Positions 36,591 through 45,098 of a DNA stretch of 64,000 bases are shown piece by piece. The position numbers were made by a program, and so were the translations under genes. The DNA comes from Candidatus Kapaibacterium sp. (GTDB taxonomy: Bacteria; Bacteroidota; Ignavibacteria; Kapaibacteriales; UBA2268), in contig JAMLHE010000002.1 in the NCBI GenBank assembly GCA_023957315.1, forward strand, positions 263,750 through 327,749, written 5' to 3'. Below the pieces are notes generated by a model. It searched no databases, was not told the DNA's origin, and was given only the letters and a program-made list of their open reading frames with translations. Within the stretch, counting starts at the first letter, position 1. Each line of letters opens with the position of its first letter.

Positions 36591-38207
36591 TCACAACTTC
36601 ACAAACATCCGCGTCCGGCTGCCGATACGGACGTAATACACACCACGAGAGAGATGCGAAATATCAACTCTCAAATTCCCGCTCCCTGAGCCTGTCGAAG
36701 GGTGAGCGGGCGGGGTGAGGTTTCTTACGCATTCACCAAGCGTATTGAAAATGTGAATTTCAGCACCTTCATCAACCCTACGGTTAACCGTAGGGTTGAT
36801 GGTGTGGGAACTGATTTCAATATATTCCGTTGCGGGATTGGGGTGGATTATCGTGCTGATTTGCACTGCTTCGTTGATGCTTGTGGGTTTCGTGCAGATG
36901 CTGCTTGTCCTGTGAATGTTGTTCTGGAACATTGTCCAGTCGGGACCTTGCCCGGTTCCTGCTGAAATTGCGTATGCTCTGCCGTAATTACTGTGCCAAT
37001 CGGGATATTCGACAAAGCCACCAATTATGAAAACATCGAGTATTCCGTCGCCGTCAAAATCCGCTACTACCGGGGCATGGTCTATCGAAAACTCTTTGCC
37101 GATATGGTCAGCAAGGTCAAGAGTCCAAATGACTGAAGCGTCAATGCCCCTAAGTGCGATTACTTGTCCGCCGGTAGTGCCGAAAATGACATCCGGCAAT
37201 CCGTCATTGTCTATATCTGATAGCGCTGCTCCACGAAATGATTGTTCGATATTGGGAATATCATATTCCCAAAGTACTGAGCCGTCGCCTTTTAGGGCAT
37301 AGTAGCGGTAAAAGCTCGAAAAGACTAATTCGCAATTTCCATCGCCGTCCAAATCGCCCACAACAACAGGCGAACCGATATATGAAATCGCCTTGAAACG
37401 CCATTTCAATGTGCCGTCTGCGGAATTGAGTGCAAAGAGATTGCCGGCATAATCGCCTATTACTAAATCATCTATTCCATCGCTGTCGAGGTCAACAACT
37501 GCGGTTCCGTGATAAACAACATCTTCCAAGTCGAATGTCCAGATTAATTGCTGGTCGTAGCCACGATAAGCATAAACTTTGCTTTGGTTGTCAGTTGTAT
37601 CAAAATTCCACGAGGCTACTACGAAATCTAATTTTCCGTCGCCGTCAAGGTCAACAATTGTCGGAGCAGTCTGAATCCATGAGTTAGTGTCCACTTTTAA
37701 GTCCCACTTTTTGATGCCATCGCTTGCGTTCATACATATTACATATCCACCGAATTGTCCGTGCAAAATTTCCAATTTTCCATCGCCATCAATATCTGCT
37801 ATTGTAGGCGGTGAATCGCTTCCACGTGTGAGAGTTTGCCATTTTACTGCTCCTGTTGCTCCGTCGAAACAATATGTGTAGGGATTGCACGAACTTGCGA
37901 CGATAACGTCGAGCAAGCCATCGCCGTCCACGTCGTAAATGAGTGGCGCCGTGTCGTTGCATCCCTCCTGCCAACCGGATGTATTGTACTTCCAGAGCAA
38001 TGTGCCATCGTCTAAATTGAGGGCATAAACCATGCTATCGTTGCGATAACAGCCGAAAACCACTTCGTATTTTCCGTCATGGTCAATGTCTGCGAGTGCG
38101 GACTGACCGTACGAATTATCGTTCAGGTCGTACCACCACTTAATTTCAGGTACTTGTGCAACACATTGGATTGCAACCAATGTAAAAATAAGAATCAAAG
38201 TTTTCAT
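36591..38207 (-). CDS. FG-GAP/VCBS beta-propeller repeat protein with T9SS C-terminal sorting domain
   Basis: Eight D-x-D-x-D-G-x-x-D repeats (DIDHDGKYEVVFG, VDGDGLLDVIV, DIDGDGKLEIL, DLDGDGKLDFVV ...); C-terminal IFNTLGECV...ISHLSRGVYYVRIGSRTRMFVKL. Confidence 0.75.
   Translation of the reverse strand: MKTLILIFTLVAIQCVAQVPEIKWWYDLNDNSYGQSALADIDHDGKYEVVFGCYRNDSMVYALNLDDGTLLWKYNTSGWQEGCNDTAPLIYDVDGDGLLDVIVASSCNPYTYCFDGATGAVKWQTLTRGSDSPPTIADIDGDGKLEILHGQFGGYVICMNASDGIKKWDLKVDTNSWIQTAPTIVDLDGDGKLDFVVASWNFDTTDNQSKVYAYRGYDQQLIWTFDLEDVVYHGTAVVDLDSDGIDDLVIGDYAGNLFALNSADGTLKWRFKAISYIGSPVVVGDLDGDGNCELVFSSFYRYYALKGDGSVLWEYDIPNIEQSFRGAALSDIDNDGLPDVIFGTTGGQVIALRGIDASVIWTLDLADHIGKEFSIDHAPVVADFDGDGILDVFIIGGFVEYPDWHSNYGRAYAISAGTGQGPDWTMFQNNIHRTSSICTKPTSINEAVQISTIIHPNPATEYIEISSHTINPTVNRRVDEGAEIHIFNTLGECVRNLTPPAHPSTGSGSGNLRVDISHLSRGVYYVRIGSRTRMFVKL
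36770..36801. repeat. perfect 32-bp palindrome inside the T9SS-CTD coding sequence (encodes INPTVNRRVD)
   Basis: catcaaccctacggttaaccgtagggttgatg; centre GTTAAC. Confidence 0.85.
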
Positions 38208-38502
38208 TTTTCACCCATGATAATGATTTTACAAACATAATAAAAGACTGTGAATAAGATAACATAAAGCGTGAATATTTTATATAGTAAATTTCCAAAT
38301 CAACAATATTGCCTGCCCCATTGCTTATAAACAATTCAAATTCACACCAAACGTGATTAATCAATAGTCAAAAACCAATGTATTGATTGGATTCTTTAGA
38401 TTTTGTAGTTTTTTTCAAAATGAAAGCTTGATAAAAATTAGCTTTGACTAAAAATTAGTTTTCAATATGTATAATTCTACGTGAAATTATTTATATTCGC
38501 AT

Positions 38503-40269
38503 ATGGAACAAGTAATAGTTTTTGCAACACTTTTTATAGTTTTGGTGCTTTTTGCATGGGGACGAATCCGTCATGATTTCGTCGCATTGATTGCTTTGTT
38601 CATACTTGTCATAGCAGGTATCGTTGCACCGGCAGACGCCTTCCTCGGGTTTGGTCACCCTGCTGTCATTACTGTTGCTGCAGTGCTTATTATCGGGAAG
38701 GGAATCGAATACTCGGGTTTGATGGATTTGCTCGGCAAGTGGATGATGAAACTCGGCAATAACGTTACAGTCCAATTGTTAGGATTGACAACTATGACGG
38801 GTATCGCATCTGCGTTCATGAATAACGTCGGTGCTTTGGCAATTATGATGCCGATTGCAATCCATTTAGCACGTAAAAGTGGCAACCCACCATCATATTT
38901 TTTGATGCCGATAGCTTTTGCATCATTGCTTGGCGGTATGACTACTTTGATAGGCACTCCACCGAACATTATTGCATCATCTTTTAGGATGAAGGAATTT
39001 GGTACACCATTTCAATTGTTCGATTTCGCTCCTGTTGGAGTCATCGTTCTTGTTGTAGGAATTTTATTCATCAGTTTGGTTGGCTGGAGATTGCTCCCTA
39101 AACGTTTTGCGGAAAAGTCGGAAAAAGACTTATTTAATATTGATGATTATATCACAGAAGTCAGAGTTACAGCACGCTCTAAAATGAAAAATTCTCTTAT
39201 TGAGAATTTGAAAAAAAGCACTAAAACCGATATCCAAATTCTTGGTTTAATACGGCATAACGAAAGAATTCATGCTCCCGACCCAAAGGAAGAGTTGCAA
39301 GTTGACGATATTATTATCATTGAAACTGATGCCGACGAATTGAGTAATTTTCTCGAGTCAACTGATTTTGAACTTGTCGGTGGCAAAACGCTTTACAAGG
39401 AAGCCGGCGGCTCGGAATATATTACAACAACCGAAGCCATTGTCATGGCTGATTCACCTCTCGTCGGGCAAACAGCAACAAGTTCGCAAATGCGTACACG
39501 GTTTGAAGTTAATCTTCTTGCGGTTGCTCGACGAGAAACGAAAATTCATCGCCGATTAGACCAAATTATTTTCCGTACAGGCGATGTGCTTTTACTACAA
39601 GGGAAAGCAAAATCTGTTGACGAGGTCATCAAAACGATTGGATGCTTGCCTCTGGCACGTCGCGGATTGAGATTGGGCTATCAGAAAAAAATATTGTTGA
39701 CTATGAGCATTTTCATTGCTTCAATATTGCTTGTGGTTTTTAATTTACTCGAAGTGCAAGTGGCATTTTCTTTAGCGGCAGTTACAATGATATTGAGCGG
39801 AATTTTGCCCCTCAAAGACGTTTACACAAGTATAGATTGGCCCGTAATAGTTTTGCTTGGTGCAATGATTCCTGTGGGTATGGCACTCGAAACTTCGGGT
39901 GGTGCTGCCACTATTGGTATGCATATTCTGAACATCGGCGATTCATTCCCAACTTGGGCTATGATTGCGATAGTTTTATACATCACAATGACTTTATCGG
40001 ATGTGATTAATAATGCCGCAACGGTTGTTATAATGGCACCGATAGCCTTGAACGTTGCTCATGGTCTGGGTGTCAACTCTGACGCATTTATTATGGCTGT
40101 TGCAGTAGGTGGCTCATGTGCATTCTTAACTCCAATCGGTCACCAATCAAACACGCTCGTGATGGGTCCCGGCGGTTATCGCTTTACCGATTATTGGCGA
40201 ATGGGTTTGCCTCTTGATATCTTAGTTATACTTATCAGCGTCCCATTGATTATGTATTTCTGGCTGTAA
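38503..40269 (+). CDS. SLC13/DASS family anion:cation symporter with two internal TrkA-C domains
   Basis: N- and C-terminal multi-TM halves separated by TrkA_C-like soluble domains. Confidence 0.7.
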   Translation: MEQVIVFATLFIVLVLFAWGRIRHDFVALIALFILVIAGIVAPADAFLGFGHPAVITVAAVLIIGKGIEYSGLMDLLGKWMMKLGNNVTVQLLGLTTMTGIASAFMNNVGALAIMMPIAIHLARKSGNPPSYFLMPIAFASLLGGMTTLIGTPPNIIASSFRMKEFGTPFQLFDFAPVGVIVLVVGILFISLVGWRLLPKRFAEKSEKDLFNIDDYITEVRVTARSKMKNSLIENLKKSTKTDIQILGLIRHNERIHAPDPKEELQVDDIIIIETDADELSNFLESTDFELVGGKTLYKEAGGSEYITTTEAIVMADSPLVGQTATSSQMRTRFEVNLLAVARRETKIHRRLDQIIFRTGDVLLLQGKAKSVDEVIKTIGCLPLARRGLRLGYQKKILLTMSIFIASILLVVFNLLEVQVAFSLAAVTMILSGILPLKDVYTSIDWPVIVLLGAMIPVGMALETSGGAATIGMHILNIGDSFPTWAMIAIVLYITMTLSDVINNAATVVIMAPIALNVAHGLGVNSDAFIMAVAVGGSCAFLTPIGHQSNTLVMGPGGYRFTDYWRMGLPLDILVILISVPLIMYFWL

Positions 40270-40278
40270 ATTTTTGCA

Positions 40279-40695
40279 TTATTCGCTTGGCATTGCGCTC
40301 AAATCCGTAAACATCACTTCCCACTGATGCCCGTCCGGGTCGGCAAAGCTATCGTAATACATCCAATCATGGTCTGCAGATTCACGATAACGAGTGCCAC
40401 CATTTTCAAGAGCCAATCTGGTTATTTCATCTACTTCATCGCGGCTTTCGACTTCGATTGCAAATAATACCTGCGAAGTGCTTCCGTCCGCAATCGGGCG
40501 ATTACAAAAAGTTTGGAAATATTCGTGCGAAATCATCATCGAGTACATTGTCGGGTCGCTCAAAATCAGACACAAAGCCTTATCATCGCTGAATTGCTCG
40601 TTGAACGAAAAGCCCAATTTTGACCAAAACTCTCTTGTCTTGGCAAGGTCTCTCACCGGAAGATTTATATATATAGATTTTACATTCATAATCAA
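40279..40695 (-). CDS. VOC/glyoxalase family protein
   Basis: 138-aa glyoxalase/bleomycin-resistance fold sequence. Confidence 0.55.
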   Translation of the reverse strand: MIMNVKSIYINLPVRDLAKTREFWSKLGFSFNEQFSDDKALCLILSDPTMYSMMISHEYFQTFCNRPIADGSTSQVLFAIEVESRDEVDEITRLALENGGTRYRESADHDWMYYDSFADPDGHQWEVMFTDLSAMPSE

Positions 40696-40860
40696 ACGCT
40701 AAAAATAAATTAAAAAAGTTCCCAAATGATAAACGGACAACAGTTTTTTTTAGTTAGTTTTTCTTATTCCCCCTCTTTCAAGAGGGTGTTACGAAATATT
40801 TTTAGGGCGTGCTAATTCTATCTAGCCGCAAAGGACACAAAGAGTTGAAATTGGTAAGAA

Positions 40861-40939
40861 GACAAACATAGCCCACGAATTTTGATGGTGGGTTAAGAAG
40901 GAAACCTCACCCCAACCTCTCCGAAGGAGAGGGAGAAAG
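40861..40939. repeat. composite hairpin-module repeat, copy B (rcX-rcY)
   Basis: gacaaacatagcccac..ggtggg + ggaaacctcaccccaacctctccgaaggagagggagaaag = reverse complements of modules X and Y of copy A. Confidence 0.75.
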
Positions 40940-41063
40940 AAAAATTGAAAAAAATAAAAAATTTGAAATTTTATTTGGAAATGACAAAAGTTTTTTATTT
41001 TGGGATATTGAATTTTACATTTTTGTAAATTGTTGTTAAATAAGGAGTAATTTATAATGAGTA

Positions 41064-42749
41064 ATGTATTCGCCCCCCCCCCTCAAAGCCTCATGGCTAT
41101 TGACAATTGTATTATCCTTACTATACTTTACTAATGTAACTGTAATGATTGCACAGAACGAAAAAGAGCTGTTTCCTGAGCAATTGCTTAGTTCATGTTG
41201 CGAAGAAATCGATATTGACTACTATGTGACGGAAGATTGTTGTATTCAAATTGATATTGACAATCCAAGTTGTGAAGACGCGAAAATTTCAATTTTGTCA
41301 AAAGCACCAAATTCACCGTTGTGGAATTTAAGATATGTAGAATCCGCACCTGCTACAAGTGTCAGTTATAAACTCTGCCCGTCTAATTATTCTACCTCAA
41401 TGAGGTTTAGAATTATAATTCAACATGCAAATGGAGCACCGCATTGCGACACAAGCTTAATGGTTGAAGGAGTAAACCAATTTACTTATGATGTTGACAT
41501 CAGTCACTGTTGCAACTGTGAAGGTAGTAGTTCATGGATAACCTCATACAAAAGTTCAGATACACTTTGTCCGGACTCATGTTCTTTTGGAGTGTATTTA
41601 AATATACCGGATTCTATTACTTGCTTTAAATACTATGGTACATGGATTGCAGAGTCAGGCAATGCGGCAAAAGATATTGATTCAGTTTCTAATATTATTA
41701 AGTGTGTTGGACCAGGAGAAGAATCAAGCATACGAATTAGATTGCTAACAAGTATGGAAGAATATCATTCTGCTTCAGGTTGTTATTTGAGTGCACAAAT
41801 CTCTTGTGATACTACGACATACTTTTGGATGCCTGACATTGATTTAACTTGTTGGGATGATTGTGAAGAAGCGGAAGTAAGAAAAGATACTTTATCTGAT
41901 TTTCATGTGCCTGGATGCTTTAATTGCCCAGTCACTGTTTCTTATGTAACAAGAAAATGCAATGACAAGCAAGAGTTACAAATTACAGGCTTCTGGACTC
42001 ACAATACTTGGAATTGTAGAAATTGCCCGGACGAAATGCTTTACGATGCTGCTTTGAAAGAAATAATTTATAAAAATAAAATGGAATTTGAACCTACAGA
42101 AGTCAATGATTGTGATACGACTTGGCGTGTTGGAATAAGCAGTTGCTTTGGTACATACATATATACAAATTGGATAATGAAATGGGAAGAAGCAGGACCA
42201 TCCGGCCCCGGTGGTTGGGTTTCAGTACTCGATACAATAGTTGTCAGAGTTGTATGCGATACTATTGATTGTTGCTTTAAGCAACTAACTGTTTGTAGAT
42301 ATGATGACCATATTACGATTGCAGATGGAGCATCAAGCGACACAAATATCATCTGTTTACCACCTCTTCAATTCCCAATGCTTGAACCACCAGTATTTTG
42401 CGGACCTTCGTGTGATTGGCTTGATAGTTTGGAAGGTTACTACTACCCCCATCTGAGTAGTAAAGAATCTTATGGAGCGAAATTCTTCCTATACGAAGAA
42501 ATAAAGGTTAATTCTTATATACAGAATGGAAAATTTAATCTTGAAATTGAATCACCAAACTCCTCAGAAATAAAATTTACTGTATATGATTATTTAGGTA
42601 ATATTTTTATCCAAAGTCCTATAAGAATTCAAGCTGGCACAACAAGATATAACATTGATTTAACACCATTAAATACAGGAACATATATATATACGATAGT
42701 CTTTGATGAGAATCTGATAAAAACAGACAAGTTTATTTATATTAAATAA
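41064..42749 (+). CDS. novel cysteine-rich (~40 Cys) secreted protein with T9SS-like C-terminal domain; poly-C tract at codons 4-7
   Basis: Signal-peptide-like N-terminus; CC/CxxC-rich body (SSCCEEIDIDYYVTEDCCIQIDIDNPSCED, HCCNCEG...); C-terminus KFTVYDYLGNIF...TGTYIYTIVFDENLIKTDKFIYIK resembles T9SS CTD; AT-rich. Confidence 0.6.
   Translation: MYSPPPLKASWLLTIVLSLLYFTNVTVMIAQNEKELFPEQLLSSCCEEIDIDYYVTEDCCIQIDIDNPSCEDAKISILSKAPNSPLWNLRYVESAPATSVSYKLCPSNYSTSMRFRIIIQHANGAPHCDTSLMVEGVNQFTYDVDISHCCNCEGSSSWITSYKSSDTLCPDSCSFGVYLNIPDSITCFKYYGTWIAESGNAAKDIDSVSNIIKCVGPGEESSIRIRLLTSMEEYHSASGCYLSAQISCDTTTYFWMPDIDLTCWDDCEEAEVRKDTLSDFHVPGCFNCPVTVSYVTRKCNDKQELQITGFWTHNTWNCRNCPDEMLYDAALKEIIYKNKMEFEPTEVNDCDTTWRVGISSCFGTYIYTNWIMKWEEAGPSGPGGWVSVLDTIVVRVVCDTIDCCFKQLTVCRYDDHITIADGASSDTNIICLPPLQFPMLEPPVFCGPSCDWLDSLEGYYYPHLSSKESYGAKFFLYEEIKVNSYIQNGKFNLEIESPNSSEIKFTVYDYLGNIFIQSPIRIQAGTTRYNIDLTPLNTGTYIYTIVFDENLIKTDKFIYIK
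41073..41082 (+). repeat. C10 homopolymeric tract (candidate slipped-strand phase-variation switch)
   Basis: cgCCCCCCCCCCtc directly after two out-of-frame ATGs (41057 with AAGGAG SD at 41042-41047; 41064). Confidence 0.8.
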
Positions 42750-42810
42750 AAACAATGTCATACTCCTACTGAAAATGTAGGAGTATGACTCTTTTTCTTT
42801 AGGAGTTAAT

Positions 42811-44238
42811 ATGATTTCGTATATTTTAAATATAATATGGCTTGTCCTAATATTGAATTCAATTTTGTATTCTCAAACCGAATGGGAGCAAGTGCATCCT
42901 TCTACTTATGGTACAGCTGCAAAATTTAATACTGTAAGATGTTTAGACAGTTTAAATTGTGTGTGTTTGGTATGGAATGGTACAGTATGTTGCGAAGGTG
43001 TTCTAAAATCCACAGATGGTGGCAAAACATGGAGTGAATTATATTACGAAAAAATTACATATGATGAAGAAGGTAATTTGATTTGGCCACAACCCAGATA
43101 CATGAATTCAGTTTCATATAAAACAGTAGAAAATATCCTAATTTCACGTAGCCATGGGATGATTTTCAGGAGTAAAAATGGCGGTGAATCCTTTGATACC
43201 GTTCGAGTTGTAGTACCAGTCGATGGAAAATATCCAAGCAGTTCAGAATTAAAAAATATCCACATGTTCAGTAATTCAAAAGGGGCTGTTGTATCAACAC
43301 CAAATATTTATATTACTAATGATTATTGGGACTCCTTTGAAATGATTGAAATATCACATCCCGATGTACCTGATGATTATATAATTAAAGCATTAGATAT
43401 TCATTTTTTTGATAAAGATAAATTTACAATTTATTTCTTTGCCAATAAAGAAATTTCACCTAATAATTTCCATTTTTTATTCAAAGGATTCCTGACAACT
43501 ACGGATAATGGCAAAACATGGCATATGCAAGATATTTTAAATGATTTTCAGGCAAGAAATGTTTACATTAATTCATTGTTTTCTCTAAATCCTATGATTG
43601 GATGGGCTGTCGGTTATGTTGTTTATGATACAGACAATGGGGGTAGATTAAGACACGGACTTGTTTATAAAACTTATAACGGAGGTTATACATGGGATTT
43701 AATTCATGTAGATGAAACTGAACCAAAATTTGGTTTATGGGACATTGCTTTTTATGATGAACTAAACGGAATAACAGTAGGTAAATACGGGAAGATTTTA
43801 CGTACAACAGACGGAGGTTATAAATGGTTCTCCGATGTTCAATTGAGTGCCGAACAAGAATCTTCTCGACTCACTCAGGAAATTACTTTTGCCGGGCAAA
43901 ATCCAATTGTATGTGCTTGGCAAGATGGTATTGTTCGTGGCACATACACACCATCTTCTGTAAAAGAAAGCGCAGAAGCAGGGAGCGGGCTGTCCGTCTT
44001 TCCCAATCCGGCAAGCGAATATATAGAAATAACCATAGCTATCAACCCTACGGTTAACCGTGGAGTTGATGAAATTGCTGACATCAAAATCTTCAATACT
44101 CTGGGTGAATGTGTTGAAGAAATCCCCCTTAATCCCCCTTTGCCAAAGAGGGAAACAAGAATTGATGTTTCGCATCTTCCTCGTGGTGTGTATTATGTTC
44201 GTATTGGCAGCCGGACGCAGATGTTTGTGAAGATGTGA
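42811..44238 (+). CDS. BNR/Asp-box repeat (Ycf48/sortilin-like beta-propeller) protein with T9SS C-terminal sorting domain
   Basis: Asp-box repeats STDGGKTW, SKNGGESF, TTDNGKTW, KTYNGGYTW, RTTDGGYKW; C-terminal VFPNPASEYIEI...IFNTLGECV...VSHLPRGVYYVRIGSRTQMFVKM. Confidence 0.7.
   Translation: MISYILNIIWLVLILNSILYSQTEWEQVHPSTYGTAAKFNTVRCLDSLNCVCLVWNGTVCCEGVLKSTDGGKTWSELYYEKITYDEEGNLIWPQPRYMNSVSYKTVENILISRSHGMIFRSKNGGESFDTVRVVVPVDGKYPSSSELKNIHMFSNSKGAVVSTPNIYITNDYWDSFEMIEISHPDVPDDYIIKALDIHFFDKDKFTIYFFANKEISPNNFHFLFKGFLTTTDNGKTWHMQDILNDFQARNVYINSLFSLNPMIGWAVGYVVYDTDNGGRLRHGLVYKTYNGGYTWDLIHVDETEPKFGLWDIAFYDELNGITVGKYGKILRTTDGGYKWFSDVQLSAEQESSRLTQEITFAGQNPIVCAWQDGIVRGTYTPSSVKESAEAGSGLSVFPNPASEYIEITIAINPTVNRGVDEIADIKIFNTLGECVEEIPLNPPLPKRETRIDVSHLPRGVYYVRIGSRTQMFVKM
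44041..44070. repeat. imperfect copy of the 30-bp palindrome inside paralogous CTD coding sequence (encodes INPTVNRGVD)
   Basis: atcaaccctacggttaaccgtggagttgat. Confidence 0.8.
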
Positions 44239-44295
44239 TTATGTTTTCGGACAGAACGCTGTTCTGTCCCTACAAAATATGATAATCCTGTTCAA

Positions 44296-44333
44296 GACAA
44301 AAAAAAATCCCCGCTTCCGAAGGAGCAGGGATT
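44296..44333 (-). terminator. rho-independent terminator of sdhCAB operon (minus strand)
   Basis: Minus-strand ccctgctcc-ttcg-gaagcgggg hairpin followed by U9. Confidence 0.65.
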
Positions 44334-44354
44334 AAATTATTTTGATTCAATGAT

Positions 44355-45098
44355 TTATCTGGTGAATGAGGCTTTCATAAAGTCGCGGTTCATCATTGCT
44401 ATGAATTCGACGGAAATGCCTTTGGGGCAAGCTGCTTCACATTCGTAGTGGTTTGTGCATGCGCCAAATCCTTCGGAATCCATTTGCTTCACCATTGCTA
44501 TTACGCGTTCTTTGCGTTCGGGCTGTCCTTGCGGAAGTAAAGCAAATTGTCCAATTTTAGCGGAGGTGAAGAGCATCGCTGCACCGTTGGGACAAGCCGC
44601 TACACATGCACCGCAACCAATGCATGCCGCAGCATCGAATGCTTTGTCGGCTGCAACTTTGGCGATAGGCACTGCGTTGGAATCGGGTGAACTGCCTGTG
44701 TTGACCGATACGAAGCCACCGGCTTGCTGAATTCGGTCAAACGATGTGCGGTCAACTATCAAATCTCGGATTACCGGGAAAGGTTTCGCTCTGAAAGGCT
44801 CTATCGTAATCGTTTCGCCGTCGTTGAATTTCCGCATATGAAGCTGGCACGTTGTAGTTTGCTTTTCGGGACCGTGCGGGCGACCGTTAATTGTCATCGA
44901 ACATGCTCCGCAAATGCCTTCGCGGCAATCGTGGTCGAATGCTACGGGTTCATCGCCCTTGTGGAGCAAATCTTCGTTCAGCACGTCGAGCATTTCCAAA
45001 AATGACATATCGGGCGACACTTCGTTCAAATTATAGTTTTCAAACTGCCCTTTGGAATTCTTGTCCTTTTGTCTCCATATATTAAGTGTTAGTTTCAT
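44355..45098 (-). CDS. sdhB: succinate dehydrogenase/fumarate reductase iron-sulfur subunit
   Basis: 2Fe-2S (CREGICGAC), 4Fe-4S ([12 protein letters not shown]) and 3Fe-4S ([12 protein letters not shown]) cluster motifs. Confidence 0.9.
   Translation of the reverse strand: MKLTLNIWRQKDKNSKGQFENYNLNEVSPDMSFLEMLDVLNEDLLHKGDEPVAFDHDCREGICGACSMTINGRPHGPEKQTTTCQLHMRKFNDGETITIEPFRAKPFPVIRDLIVDRTSFDRIQQAGGFVSVNTGSSPDSNAVPIAKVAADKAFDAAACIGCGACVAACPNGAAMLFTSAKIGQFALLPQGQPERKERVIAMVKQMDSEGFGACTNHYECEAACPKGISVEFIAMMNRDFMKASFTR

Noticed and set aside
36702-36965. ORF (+) encoding ...FINPTVNRRVD...; likewise 43798..44175 (-)
   Set aside because: Shadow ORFs created because the 30-32-bp palindrome reads identically on both strands. 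Antisense to well-supported T9SS cargo genes.
44121-44154. Module Z copy in the BNR gene as an independent intergenic-type element
   Set aside because: It lies in frame within an intact CDS (encodes NPPLPKRE), so it is reported as part of the CTD-linker observation rather than as a separate non-coding element.
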